A stretch of DNA of 64,000 bases from an uncultured Clostridia bacterium (GCA_946411835.1 CAMKFK010000001.1:11434-75433), one strand, 5' to 3'; shown: positions 27,653 to 36,502, numbered from the stretch's first letter. Program-made: numbers and translations. The notes: generated by a model from the sequence alone, not told the origin.

Positions 27653-27891
27653 TGCTTTTTCCTCCATTCGTTAGAATTTGCCCTTGATACGCCGGGGCAT
27701 ACGGCGGTGAGAGTTTCGCTGCGTGTCTACATATCCATCACCTCCTTCAAGTGACCGGAAGTTACCGGCTGAAAGACAGATGCTTTCTTCAGCCTGTATC
27801 TTCTTTTTTCAGCAGGTATAAAGGGGTTTAAGGGGGAAACAGGGCAAGAGTTGTGCCGCAAATGGGCAGACTACGCCCTTGGAGAGAAAGG

Positions 27892-28863
27892 TTATCTTGC
27901 TCCGCTGCGGTCCTCCTTCTGCTTCTCCCGGTGCCTCTGATAGAACTCCAGCGCGCTGAGTACATATTCTTCGGTTTTCTTCGGCGGGATGTCTGAGGGG
28001 ATGTACTGACGCAGCCGGTCAGCACGGAAACTGATTTTTTCTCGTTGGTTGGGCTTTTCCTCACACATGATGGATTCAATGACTTCTTCGGACAGCTTGC
28101 CCTCCTTGGAGAACTGCCGCATTTTGATGGCCTGGGCCAGAGAGGGCGTGGCATCCTGATAGGAGATAGCTTCGAGAAGGTCGCTCTGCTCCTGTTCGGA
28201 GAGGTAGGACAGCTCAACCGCAGGCCGCATGGCGATTTTGCCCTCGTCCACCATGTTTACAAGGCCGGGGGACAGCTCGTTTAGACGGATAAAGCGTTGA
28301 ATTTGAGTATTGCTGTCTGGTGATTCAGCGGCAAGAAGCTCACGAGATTTTCCCGATAAAGAATTGGGTCCCACTGGGACACCATTTTCTTTTTTTGGCC
28401 TACCTGCTTGACGTTTCATGGCATCCAGCCGCATTTTATAGGCTTTGGCTTTCTCGCTGGGTAAGATAGTGGAGCGTTGATAGTTGGATTCCACCATGAG
28501 AATGATGGCCTCGTCACGGGACATTTCCTTCACCTCGGCTTTCACGGTGTCAAGCCCTGCCAGCTCACACGCTTTCTTGCGGCGATGGCCGGAGACCATT
28601 TCATAGCGTCCGTCCTCTTTCTTGCGGAGCGTGACGGGAGTGATAACGCCACGTTCCTTGATGCTTTCCACAAGCTGCGTCATATCCTCGTCCATGCGGA
28701 CCTGATAGGGGTGTTCGGGAAAATCGTCGATCTCCGTCAAAGGGATGTTGTAGATTTTCGGGAGCCGGTTCTCCGCCCGCCCCTGGTCGTCCATGAAAAG
28801 CTCATCGTAAGCGTTCCTGAGTCCGAGGTCCAGCGGTTTCGCGCCCGATTTCGCCGCGCTCAT
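27892..28863 (-). CDS. parB: ParB/RepB/Spo0J family partition protein
   Basis: YEMVSGHRRKKACELAG; MVESNYQRSTILPSEKAKAY; GGAGGTG RBS before ATG at 28863. Confidence 0.9.
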   Translation of the reverse strand: MSAAKSGAKPLDLGLRNAYDELFMDDQGRAENRLPKIYNIPLTEIDDFPEHPYQVRMDEDMTQLVESIKERGVITPVTLRKKEDGRYEMVSGHRRKKACELAGLDTVKAEVKEMSRDEAIILMVESNYQRSTILPSEKAKAYKMRLDAMKRQAGRPKKENGVPVGPNSLSGKSRELLAAESPDSNTQIQRFIRLNELSPGLVNMVDEGKIAMRPAVELSYLSEQEQSDLLEAISYQDATPSLAQAIKMRQFSKEGKLSEEVIESIMCEEKPNQREKISFRADRLRQYIPSDIPPKKTEEYVLSALEFYQRHREKQKEDRSGAR

Positions 28864-29641
28864 GCTCCAACACCTCCTTCGTGAGATTTTCATAGGCTGC
28901 GGCAACCTTGCCACGCCCATCGTGGGCAAAGATGCTCTTTCCCTCAATGCTGGTTTCTGCCGCCCTGACGGAGAACGGGATTTCCGTTTCAAAGACGTTG
29001 AGCATGGCTCCCGTCTGCCGCAGGGATGAGATGATGGCCTTCGCGTTGTTCGTCCGGTTGTCCACCATCGTCAGCAGAACACCGTCAATTTTCAGGCCGG
29101 GGTTGAGCTGCCGCCTGACCTTGGCAATGGTCCCCATGAGCTGAGACAGTCCCTTTGTGGAAAGGTAGCTGGGCTGAGAGGGGATAATCACGCTGTCAGC
29201 GGCGGTCAGGGCGTTGATGGTGGTCATGCCGAGGGAGGGCATACAGTCGATCAGAATGCGGTCGTAGTGCGCCCTGAGCGGTTCCAATGCCTGCCGCAGC
29301 ACATATTCCCGGCTGAGGATGCTGGTCATGCTGACTTCAAATGCCGCCAGCTCGATGTTCGAGGGAATCAGGTCTACGCCTTCCTCATGGTGGATGATGC
29401 CGTAGCCATCGGGAGGCGCTCTGTCCTCTACAACAGACTGCATCAGCGTCGTGATGGTGTTGTCCAGGTCATCCGGCGTCTTGGCCCCCAGGCTGATCGT
29501 CAAGCTGCCCTGTGGGTCTGCATCGACCAACAGGACCTTGTGACCAGCTCTGGCGAGCCCAACGCCCAGATTGACCGTCGAGACCGTCTTGCCGACGCCG
29601 CCCTTCTGATTGGCGAGGGCCGTCACCTTGCATTGTTCCAT
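28802..29641 (-). CDS. parA: ParA/Soj family ATPase
   Basis: NQKGGVGKT deviant Walker A; LVDADPQGSL; LIDCMPSLG. Confidence 0.95.
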   Translation of the reverse strand: MEQCKVTALANQKGGVGKTVSTVNLGVGLARAGHKVLLVDADPQGSLTISLGAKTPDDLDNTITTLMQSVVEDRAPPDGYGIIHHEEGVDLIPSNIELAAFEVSMTSILSREYVLRQALEPLRAHYDRILIDCMPSLGMTTINALTAADSVIIPSQPSYLSTKGLSQLMGTIAKVRRQLNPGLKIDGVLLTMVDNRTNNAKAIISSLRQTGAMLNVFETEIPFSVRAAETSIEGKSIFAHDGRGKVAAAYENLTKEVLEHERGEIGRETAGPRTQERLR

Positions 29642-29719
29642 TACGGGTTCCTCCTTCCTTGAAATAGTTATAGCCCTCCCCGGATTGCTCCAAGGAGGGC
29701 TATGTATAGGCGGTATTCG

Positions 29720-29748
29720 TTGAATTGTGGGCTTTAGCGTGGTATAAT
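29720..29748 (+). promoter_or_regulatory. sigma-A promoter with extended -10
   Basis: TTGAAT-N17-TATAAT with TGn, upstream of 29774. Confidence 0.7.
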
Positions 29749-29773
29749 CATATCAAAAGTGAGGTTGATATAT

Positions 29774-30349
29774 ATGGTAAGCCAAGAGGTTCTCACGGAA
29801 ATCGACCGGGTGATTAAGGAAGTCTGGGTAAAGGATATTAAAAAGGACTATCTGAATGGAGCTTTACTCCGTGAGGATAGCTTGAAATGCGGCCTTTACT
29901 TCCATCTGCGCCGGAGGTTGGACAAGATGCTCCGTGAAAACAATCTGAGAATATTTGGGGAGTACACATTCCCACAGCTTAAATACCGAGCTGACTTGGT
30001 GATTGTCGAAGTTGACGAAAACTGGCAAGATGGCTACTTAAAGGATTTTGTCACTGAAATAGTCGCTATATTTGAACTAAAATTCACATCCGGTATTGAC
30101 AGGGCAACAGACGAATGGGTCAAAGCAGATTTGAGAAAATTCAAACGCTACTTGCAATCTGGAAACGTCGATTGCCAGTTCTACTTTGGCGTGATATACG
30201 AAGAAGAGTGCTCAACTCTGACTTGGATTGACAGGCGCAGTATAGCTCCTGGAAAATGGGGGAATGGAAGAGTCACAGAACTTGATGCTGGACTCATCAA
30301 CGGGAAAATGGTGTTTGAAGTCAACTCATACAACAATCTGAATGCGTAG
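29774..30349 (+). CDS. putative PD-(D/E)xK (restriction-endonuclease-fold) nuclease, low-GC cargo
   Basis: REDSLK...GEYTF...RADLVIV...IFELKF spacing fits E...(P)D...ExK; AT-richer than flanks. Confidence 0.55.
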   Translation: MVSQEVLTEIDRVIKEVWVKDIKKDYLNGALLREDSLKCGLYFHLRRRLDKMLRENNLRIFGEYTFPQLKYRADLVIVEVDENWQDGYLKDFVTEIVAIFELKFTSGIDRATDEWVKADLRKFKRYLQSGNVDCQFYFGVIYEEECSTLTWIDRRSIAPGKWGNGRVTELDAGLINGKMVFEVNSYNNLNA

Positions 30350-30409
30350 GAGTTACATCGCGTCACAGTAAGGAAAAACTGAGAAAGCTAAGAAAGCGCG
30401 TAGAAGTTC

Positions 30410-30438
30410 TTGCAATCTTTGCCAGCAAGTGATACAAT
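30410..30438 (+). promoter_or_regulatory. sigma-A promoter with extended -10
   Basis: TTGCAA-N17-TACAAT with TGn, upstream of 30486. Confidence 0.6.
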
Positions 30439-30485
30439 ATTTTAGATTGTAAATTCTTAACAGTTGTGAAAGTTGGGTGTAGCCA

Positions 30486-30845
30486 GTGACTATTGACGAT
30501 TACAAGGCTCTCTCAGATGATGAGCTTTATCAAATAGCTGATTCAAAGTATCTCGGCACAGATTGCGAAAAAGATGTACCTCTTGCTATTAACTTGTTTG
30601 CCGCACTTGCCGAAAGAGGCTATACACAAGCACAGTTTCGTCTCGGACGTCTTTATGATCTTGGTGAAAACATTAAGCAAAACTACAAAGCTGCTGTACT
30701 TTGGTATAAACAGGCAGCAAATCGTGGTCACGCTGAAGCGATGTATCGACTTGCATATTGCTACCAATATGGGCATGGGGTCGAATATGATTTCCACGCT
30801 TATCAGTATTGGATCAGTCGTGCGGCTGAGTGTGGGTACGAGTAA
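30486..30845 (+). CDS. Sel1-like repeat protein
   Basis: AQFRLGRLYDLGENIKQNYKAAVLWYKQAANRGHAEAMYRLAYCYQYGHGV. Confidence 0.9.
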   Translation: MTIDDYKALSDDELYQIADSKYLGTDCEKDVPLAINLFAALAERGYTQAQFRLGRLYDLGENIKQNYKAAVLWYKQAANRGHAEAMYRLAYCYQYGHGVEYDFHAYQYWISRAAECGYE

Positions 30846-30860
30846 TAGTTGTATTGAGAA

Positions 30861-30905
30861 CGCAGCGTATCGTCATTCCCGGTGGCGATACGCTGCGCTT
30901 TCTTA
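30861..30905 (+). terminator. intrinsic terminator between convergent genes
   Basis: CGCAGCGTATCGTCA...TGGCGATACGCTGCG followed by CTTTTCTT. Confidence 0.75.
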
Positions 30906-30974
30906 TGCCTCTGAAACTTCAGTCATTCAGCTTCTGCTCGTAAGGAAGCTCTACTTGAAACTACGATCCTGAGC

Positions 30975-31346
30975 TTAGATGGGCGGATCGATGCCATACA
31001 TAATCAGGGCGCGTTTATAGGCCGCGCCCAGCTCGCCGGCAAAGGTCGCCGCAGCTCTGCCGAAGATGCCGGTGTGGATCAGCTCGCTGGGGACTTCCAC
31101 ACTGTACTCCATACAGAGCCGGAAGAAATACTCAAGAGCCTCCTCCATCATCTTCATGCGCCAGAGTTCATGGAACACGACCCGCGCCGTGACCATATCC
31201 TCCTCACCGAGCGCGTTGCTCATATTGGCAACAAGGAGATACCCGTAGGCATCCGCTATATCCCGGTGGGACACTCTCTGGCCTTCGCGGACCTGCCGGA
31301 GCGTCTGCTGCGCGTTTTTGACCTCCGCGGAGAACACATTGTCCAT
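30975..31346 (-). CDS. hypothetical protein (123 aa)
   Basis: AAGGGGGTG RBS before ATG; GC-rich codon usage like the ICE backbone. Confidence 0.65.
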   Translation of the reverse strand: MDNVFSAEVKNAQQTLRQVREGQRVSHRDIADAYGYLLVANMSNALGEEDMVTARVVFHELWRMKMMEEALEYFFRLCMEYSVEVPSELIHTGIFGRAAATFAGELGAAYKRALIMYGIDPPI

Positions 31347-31374
31347 CTCAACACCCCCTTTCTCTCTGGAAATG

Positions 31375-31413
31375 AAAAAAGCCCTCTTTGGATTAGAAGA
31401 TCCAAAGAGGGCT
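31375..31413 (-). terminator. terminator-like hairpin in the leader of 31346
   Basis: AGCCCTCTTTGGAT-loop-ATCCAAAGAGGGCT-TTTTT on the minus strand. Confidence 0.6.
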
Positions 31414-31700
31414 ATGTACGTCTGCTTGAATATTATTTAGTATGCCTGATAACGAAGGCTGACTCCCTGAAACTGGCTTGCACAGGGGTCTCGAAAACTA
31501 TTTTGAACAGCTTTAACAGGTTGTCGTCCACCTTTTTCATTAGCTGGGCGGCGACCTCTTTTTTTCGGCAAATTAGCAGGAGACCGATTTTCATTAGCTG
31601 GAAAACCAAAAATCTTGCTAATCATTAGCTGGCTAATTTCGGTGGATGGCAGAGAGTATGACTTCTCTATGGGTCGCACCCATTTTTGCAAAGTTGCAGA

Positions 31701-31735
31701 AAAAGTGCCGAAAATCGCTGATTTTCGGCACTTTT
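31701..31735 (-). terminator. perfect 16-bp inverted repeat following the tRNA 3' end
   Basis: AAAAGTGCCGAAAATC-GCT-GATTTTCGGCACTTTT. Confidence 0.8.
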
Positions 31736-31738
31736 CAC

Positions 31739-31783
31739 TGGCACCCGCGAGGGGATTCGAACCTCCGACCTACCGCTTAGGAG
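31739..31783 (-). other. att site core: 3' half of tRNA-Arg(CCT), not an intact tRNA
   Basis: Minus strand CTCCTAAGCGGTAGGTCGGAGGTTCGAATCCCCTCGCGGGTGCCA = anticodon loop, T-arm, acceptor 3' strand and CCA. The upstream sequence cannot form the 5' half. Confidence 0.85.
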
Positions 31784-32091
31784 CTAAAATGTCCCTATCG
31801 TGCCGCATGGTACACGATAACGCGGAATGCCCGCAAACCCGCATGAATACTGGATTTTCAATCGAACGGCGTATCACGCAGTATTTCCTAATATCGCCCA
31901 AAAACGTCGTTTTTTCAGTACCCGAATTAGCAAACCATTAGCAAGAAAGCCTTTGATAACAATGCTTTACGGTGTCCGTCCGAGAGCATGATTAGCAAAA
32001 GCATAGTATCATAACTGTGAAATCAATGCAAGGGGAAAGACGATGATCTTTCCCCTTGTTCCATATAATCACTCTGAAAGGAGCGATGCCC

Positions 32092-32469
32092 ATGACCGCA
32101 CTACCCTTGCCAAACTTCCGCGGCCATGAGGCCGACGAGTTTACGTTCTACCGTATCCCGAAGCTGCTGACGACTGACGAGCGGCTGCGAACCATCTCCA
32201 CCGACGCCAAGTTCCTATACGGCGCTATGCTCGACCGCATGGGCTTGTCCATCGAAAATGGCTGGCTGGACGAAAAAGGCGACGTCTACATCTACTATAC
32301 CGTAGAAGAGACGATGAAAGTCCTCAACTGCAAAAGTGAAAAGGCGACAAAGGTGCTTGCCGAGCTTGACGGCAAAAGCGGCATCGGGCTAATCGAGCGC
32401 GTCCGGCAGGGACAGGGCAAGCCGACAAGGATATACCTCAAAAACTTTGCGGCGCTGCGTCCACCGTAG
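32092..32469 (+). CDS. repA: RepA_N replication initiator, N-terminal domain only (truncated or pseudogene)
   Basis: FYRIPKLL...ISTDAKFLYGAMLDRMGLSIENGWLDEKGDVYIYYT...GLIERVRQGQGKPTRIYLKNF, then an early TAG. Confidence 0.75.
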   Translation: MTALPLPNFRGHEADEFTFYRIPKLLTTDERLRTISTDAKFLYGAMLDRMGLSIENGWLDEKGDVYIYYTVEETMKVLNCKSEKATKVLAELDGKSGIGLIERVRQGQGKPTRIYLKNFAALRPP

Positions 32470-32520
32470 GCGGACAGATTGAGAATTGAGCTACATACGG
32501 GAGAAGTCTGCCCTGTATCA

Positions 32521-32589
32521 GACTTTCGGAAATCGAAAATCAAGACTTTCGATTATCGAAGTTCAAGAGTTTCGGAAATCGAAATGTAA
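32521..32589 (+). repeat. three tandem 23-bp iteron-like repeats (RepA boxes)
   Basis: GACTTTCGGAAATCGAAAATCAA / GACTTTCGATTATCGAAGTTCAA / GAGTTTCGGAAATCGAAATGTAA; each has a TTCG-N5-CGAA dyad. Confidence 0.75.
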
Positions 32590-32656
32590 TGATACTGAGG
32601 GAATAAGACTGAGTAAAAATATACTCTCCGAGAAAAGAATACCGTTTTGTTATCCC

Positions 32657-32679
32657 AAGAGCCGAAAGGCTCTTTTTTT
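32657..32679 (+). terminator. intrinsic terminator immediately upstream of the parA RBS
   Basis: AAGAGCC-GAAA-GGCTCTT-TTTTT. Confidence 0.7.
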
Positions 32680-32697
32680 GTTGGAGGAGGTGCTTAT

Positions 32698-33507
32698 TTG
32701 AAAACAATCGCATTGGCAAACCAAAAGGGCGGCGTGGGAAAGACCACGACCGCCGCAAGTCTCGGCGTTGGTCTTTCCCGGCAAGGTAAAAAAGTCCTGC
32801 TGATCGACGCCGACGCGCAGGGCAACCTAACGCAGATGTTGGGCTGGGCACAGCCCGACGAGTTATCCCCCACTCTGTCCGATCTCATGGGGAAAATCAT
32901 CACCGACCAGCCGCTCGCCCCCAGCGAGGGCATCTTGGAAACGAGCGAGGGCGTCCATCTTGTGCCGGCAAACATTGACCTTTCCGCGATGGAGGTCACG
33001 TTGGTCAACACCATGAGCCGCGAAACGGTGCTGAAGCAATTTCTTTCTTCGGTCAGTGACCGCTACGACTACGCCATCATCGACTGTATGCCGTCGCTGG
33101 GTATGCTGACGATCAACGCCCTCACCGCCGCGGACAGCGTGATTATCCCCGTGCAAGCGCAATATCTCCCCGCAAAGGGGCTGGAACAGCTCCTAAAGAC
33201 GGTGGCGCGCGTCAAGCGGCAGCTCAACCCGCGTCTGGAGATCGACGGCATCCTGCTGACGATGGTGGACGAGCGGACGCGGCTATCAAAGGGCATCGTG
33301 GACTTGATCCGCCGCACCTATGGCGGGCGCGTGTTCGCATCGCAAATCCCGCGCTCTGTCCGTGCCGCCGAAATAAGCGTGGAGGAAAAGAGCATTTACG
33401 ACCTCGACCGCAACGGCAAGGTCGCCGCGGCCTATGAAAATCTGACAAGGGAGGTGCTGAACGGTGGCAAGCAAATTAGAAAGCATCGGTCTGACCTCGC
33501 TCGATGA
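32698..33507 (+). CDS. parA: ParA/Soj family ATPase
   Basis: GGAGGAGG then TTG; NQKGGVGKTTT; IIDCMPSLG. Confidence 0.95.
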   Translation: MKTIALANQKGGVGKTTTAASLGVGLSRQGKKVLLIDADAQGNLTQMLGWAQPDELSPTLSDLMGKIITDQPLAPSEGILETSEGVHLVPANIDLSAMEVTLVNTMSRETVLKQFLSSVSDRYDYAIIDCMPSLGMLTINALTAADSVIIPVQAQYLPAKGLEQLLKTVARVKRQLNPRLEIDGILLTMVDERTRLSKGIVDLIRRTYGGRVFASQIPRSVRAAEISVEEKSIYDLDRNGKVAAAYENLTREVLNGGKQIRKHRSDLAR

Positions 33508-34402
33508 CCTGTTTAAGACCGGCGAAGAACGGCAAGCCGAGCAGGGCGAGCGTGTGCAGATCGTCCCCGCAGATAAGGTTTTCCCTTACGCCCGCCAGCC
33601 GTACAGCATCGACCGCCCCACGCCCGACCTTGTACGGCTCATGGACAGCATCGAACGCAACGGCATCGCGGAGCCAATGATCGTGCGCCCGCGCGAGGGC
33701 GACACCTACGAGATCATTGCAGGCCACCGCCGCGACTACTGCGCAAAAGCGGTGGGACTGGAAACCCGCCCGGTCATCGTCCGCGAGTACACAGACGAGC
33801 AGGCGGACATTCTGGTGGTGGATTACAACATCAACCGCGAGGACTTGCTGCCGAGCGAGAAAGCCCGCGCCTACAAGCTGAAGCTGGACGCTATGAAAAG
33901 GCAAGGTGAGCGGTCAGATTTAACTTCGTCCCAAGTTGGGACGAAGTTGCCGAAAGCAAGGTCAGATGAGATTTTAGCGGGGCAAGTAGACGAAAGCCGT
34001 ATGCAAGTCCAGCGGTATATTCGCTTGACAAAGCTCATTCCCCCGCTGCTTGCCAAGGTGGACGACGGGACGCTGAAATTCGTCCCCGCGTCCGACTTCA
34101 TTTCCCACTTGTCCGAGAAAGAACAAACCTACCTCGCGTTTGTCATGGAACGTGATGAGGCCGCGCCCTCGCTCGACCAAGCCAAGCGCATGAAGCAGAT
34201 CAGCGAGCAGGGCAAGCTGACCGAGGCGGTCATGGACACGATCATGCGCGAGGATAAGCCGCTGGAGCGCAAGGTCACGATCCGCGATGACCGCCTAAAG
34301 CGGTTCTTCCCCAAAAGCTACACCCCGCAGCAGATCGAGGACGTGATTATGAAGCTGTTGGAGGGCTGGTATCGCCGCCGCCAGCAGGAGCAGGCACGAT
34401 GA
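33464..34402 (+). CDS. parB: ParB family partition protein
   Basis: YEIIAGHRR; YNINREDLLPSEKARAY. Confidence 0.9.
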   Translation: MASKLESIGLTSLDDLFKTGEERQAEQGERVQIVPADKVFPYARQPYSIDRPTPDLVRLMDSIERNGIAEPMIVRPREGDTYEIIAGHRRDYCAKAVGLETRPVIVREYTDEQADILVVDYNINREDLLPSEKARAYKLKLDAMKRQGERSDLTSSQVGTKLPKARSDEILAGQVDESRMQVQRYIRLTKLIPPLLAKVDDGTLKFVPASDFISHLSEKEQTYLAFVMERDEAAPSLDQAKRMKQISEQGKLTEAVMDTIMREDKPLERKVTIRDDRLKRFFPKSYTPQQIEDVIMKLLEGWYRRRQQEQAR

Positions 34403-34409
34403 AAGGAGC

Positions 34410-35231
34410 GTGAACAACATGAGAACGGATTTACCCGAAACCTGCCTGTCCACCGTGCCGGGGACAGGCGAGCTGATTGTCCTCAAGCGCGGCGAAACCG
34501 GCTACTACCGTTCCGAATGGAATACCGACGATGCCGAACGAAACAAGCAGATCGCAGACGACCATAACCGTGCGCGCGGGCTGACGCCGGCGCAGGTGGA
34601 GGCGATGCGCGTCGGCTCCATGTTCGGCTTTGCCGTGCCGGGAGCTAACCCGCAGATGTATCTGGACGCCGCAAAGCAAGAGGAGAAATTTCATGTGGAG
34701 GGACATATCAAGGATACGGTAATCAGCCTTTACCACCCGATAACGTGTGATCTTCTCAATTACAAGGTCGCTGGCAAAGTTGTGACCTATCTGGAACCGA
34801 TAGCCCTGCCGGACTCCATGATGGGCGCGCAGAGCGGCATCACGCTGTTTGCCGAGATGGTGGGCGGCGAACCTCTAATTCCCGTCCTTGCCACGCAATC
34901 GCCGGAGCAAAAATATACATTTGGCTTGGCGGATGGCTGCTTTTCCAATTTCAGAGAGGTCAATCAAGGCTATCTGATTCTTGCCAAAGTCCGCGTGGGC
35001 GCAAAAGAATTTGTCCTTGCCGAAAGTCCTACGGCACCCAGCCGCTTCGCAACCTGGGCGCGGACGCCCGCCAATGACGGCGACGGCGAGCCGAATTACT
35101 ATCACGGCAACTATTGCAGCGACCGCACCGCCGCGATACTGGACTTTTGTGAGCGCGCAAGAAACCAGTATGAGTATGAGATTTCCGTGCGCCGTGTTGC
35201 GCCGCACAGGGAAAACAACAAAGAGAGGTAA
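34410..35231 (+). CDS. ICE hypothetical protein
   Basis: N-terminal LPETCLST...KRGETGYY...GSMFGF domain shared with the 13138-14352 C-terminus. Confidence 0.8.
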   Translation: MNNMRTDLPETCLSTVPGTGELIVLKRGETGYYRSEWNTDDAERNKQIADDHNRARGLTPAQVEAMRVGSMFGFAVPGANPQMYLDAAKQEEKFHVEGHIKDTVISLYHPITCDLLNYKVAGKVVTYLEPIALPDSMMGAQSGITLFAEMVGGEPLIPVLATQSPEQKYTFGLADGCFSNFREVNQGYLILAKVRVGAKEFVLAESPTAPSRFATWARTPANDGDGEPNYYHGNYCSDRTAAILDFCERARNQYEYEISVRRVAPHRENNKER

Positions 35232-35234
35232 CAC

Positions 35235-35840
35235 ATGAGCAGACAGCAAAAGGAAATGGCCGGCGATTATGAGGTGATCCAATCGCTCCGGCTCGGCGGC
35301 AAGGTCATGTTGATTGGCTACAATCCCGACGATCAGGACGGCAAGTATATGACCTGCTACAAGGAATCAAACTTTATGGGCGAATATTTCACAAAAGCTA
35401 TGGCAAGCGACGATTACATGGAAATCGTCAAGCTGTTCTCCGAACGCTTGCAGGAACAGATGGTAAAGGTCAAGCAATTCCGCACAGAGCGTGGCGTTCC
35501 GCTGGAAACGCTCGGTGCGGAGCATTGCCGCAAGCGCGGCGAGGGCGAGAACCTTGCCGGTAAGCTGATTATTCTCCGACCGTCAAGTCTTTCCCCGGAG
35601 TACCGCACGGCGGACTGTCAGCTCGGCTATGCAACAGGCGGCTTTGGCTGCACACCGAACGCTGGCGGGCGCGCGGTGTATTTCCGCGAGCTGTACTCCG
35701 GCGAGGAATGCCGCTGGAACATAGGCGACGTGCTGGGCATCGCGGACATGGACAAGCTGCCCGACTGGGCAAAGCAAAAGGTCGCGGAGCATGAAAAAGC
35801 CCGCGCCGCCAAAAAACAGGAGCGAGGTGAAGCAAGATGA
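35235..35840 (+). CDS. ICE hypothetical protein (paralog of 14524-15114)
   Basis: Shared GGFG..PN..G.AV.F and LPDWAK motifs. Confidence 0.8.
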   Translation: MSRQQKEMAGDYEVIQSLRLGGKVMLIGYNPDDQDGKYMTCYKESNFMGEYFTKAMASDDYMEIVKLFSERLQEQMVKVKQFRTERGVPLETLGAEHCRKRGEGENLAGKLIILRPSSLSPEYRTADCQLGYATGGFGCTPNAGGRAVYFRELYSGEECRWNIGDVLGIADMDKLPDWAKQKVAEHEKARAAKKQERGEAR

Positions 35841-36490
35841 AGGAGCCGGTCAACATCATGGGCGTGGTGGCGTTCCCCAACGAGGACGGCAAGCGGGATT
35901 GCCGCTTTATTGATCCTCACTACAACGAGCTTTTTACGGTGCCGGACGGCGGCAACGTCGTTTTGACCTACATCGACAGAACCAAGAAGGTGCTGCCCTG
36001 CACCTACATCGACGATTATCACGTCAAGGTCGGAAATGGCGTCTATCATATCTGCGAGTTTGCGGAGCGTATGCACGAAAGCGGTACTGTCTACCAGCCG
36101 GAACACCCGAACGGGACAGAAAAATACGGCATCTACGAGATTTATCAGATCAGCGACCTAAAGACGGCGGAGTACCTGTTTGAGTCCTATGACCGCGCAA
36201 AGGGGAAAATCAAGCTGACCGACTATCGCCGCGCTTATGCCGGTATGCTCCCGGAGAAAAGCCGATTGGACGATATTTTCATGGAGCATAACCGCGATAT
36301 ACGCCCGTTTGGACGCAAAATGCGCTCCATGTCGGTGAGCGACATCGTGGTCGTCACCCGCGCTGGCGAGAAACACGCCTACTATGTGGATAGCGTCGGA
36401 TTTGAGCCGGTGGACGAGCTGTTGCAGGCCAAGCAGCCGCAGAGGACAGGACGCTCGCCCAAGAAGAAGCGGAGCGAGCCGGAACGATGA
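35837..36490 (+). CDS. YodL-domain protein
   Basis: C-terminal YEIYQI...LDDIFMEHN...RSMSVSDIVVV...AYYVDSVGF. Confidence 0.75.
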   Translation: MKEPVNIMGVVAFPNEDGKRDCRFIDPHYNELFTVPDGGNVVLTYIDRTKKVLPCTYIDDYHVKVGNGVYHICEFAERMHESGTVYQPEHPNGTEKYGIYEIYQISDLKTAEYLFESYDRAKGKIKLTDYRRAYAGMLPEKSRLDDIFMEHNRDIRPFGRKMRSMSVSDIVVVTRAGEKHAYYVDSVGFEPVDELLQAKQPQRTGRSPKKKRSEPER

Positions 36491-36502
36491 GGAGGTGAAA
36501 AT

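Larger units (their letters stand above)
1264..29641 (-). mobile_element. left ICE-like module (parAB, surface cassette, polyvalent helicase/methylase); no relaxase or T4SS genes in view
   Basis: Co-oriented, tightly packed genes, most with clear paralogs in the right-hand conjugative module. Confidence 0.75.
31538..31997. repeat. ATTAGC(A/T) repeats on both sides of the att core; candidate integrase arm-type sites
   Basis: Copies near 31539, 31572, 31593, 31616 (inverted), 31624, 31632 (inverted), 31926, 31937 and 31991. Confidence 0.65.

Noticed and set aside
31419-31700. Riboswitch or ncRNA upstream of 31346, and short ORFs 31437-31691 and 31615-31941
   Set aside because: No aptamer consensus I can recognise; the ORFs lack RBSs and overlap the att site and repeats.
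31739-31783. Functional tRNA-Arg gene
   Set aside because: Only the 3' half is present; there is no D-arm, 5' anticodon stem or 5' acceptor strand.
32521-32589. CRISPR array
   Set aside because: Repeats are contiguous with no spacers and no cas genes; they fit RepA iterons.
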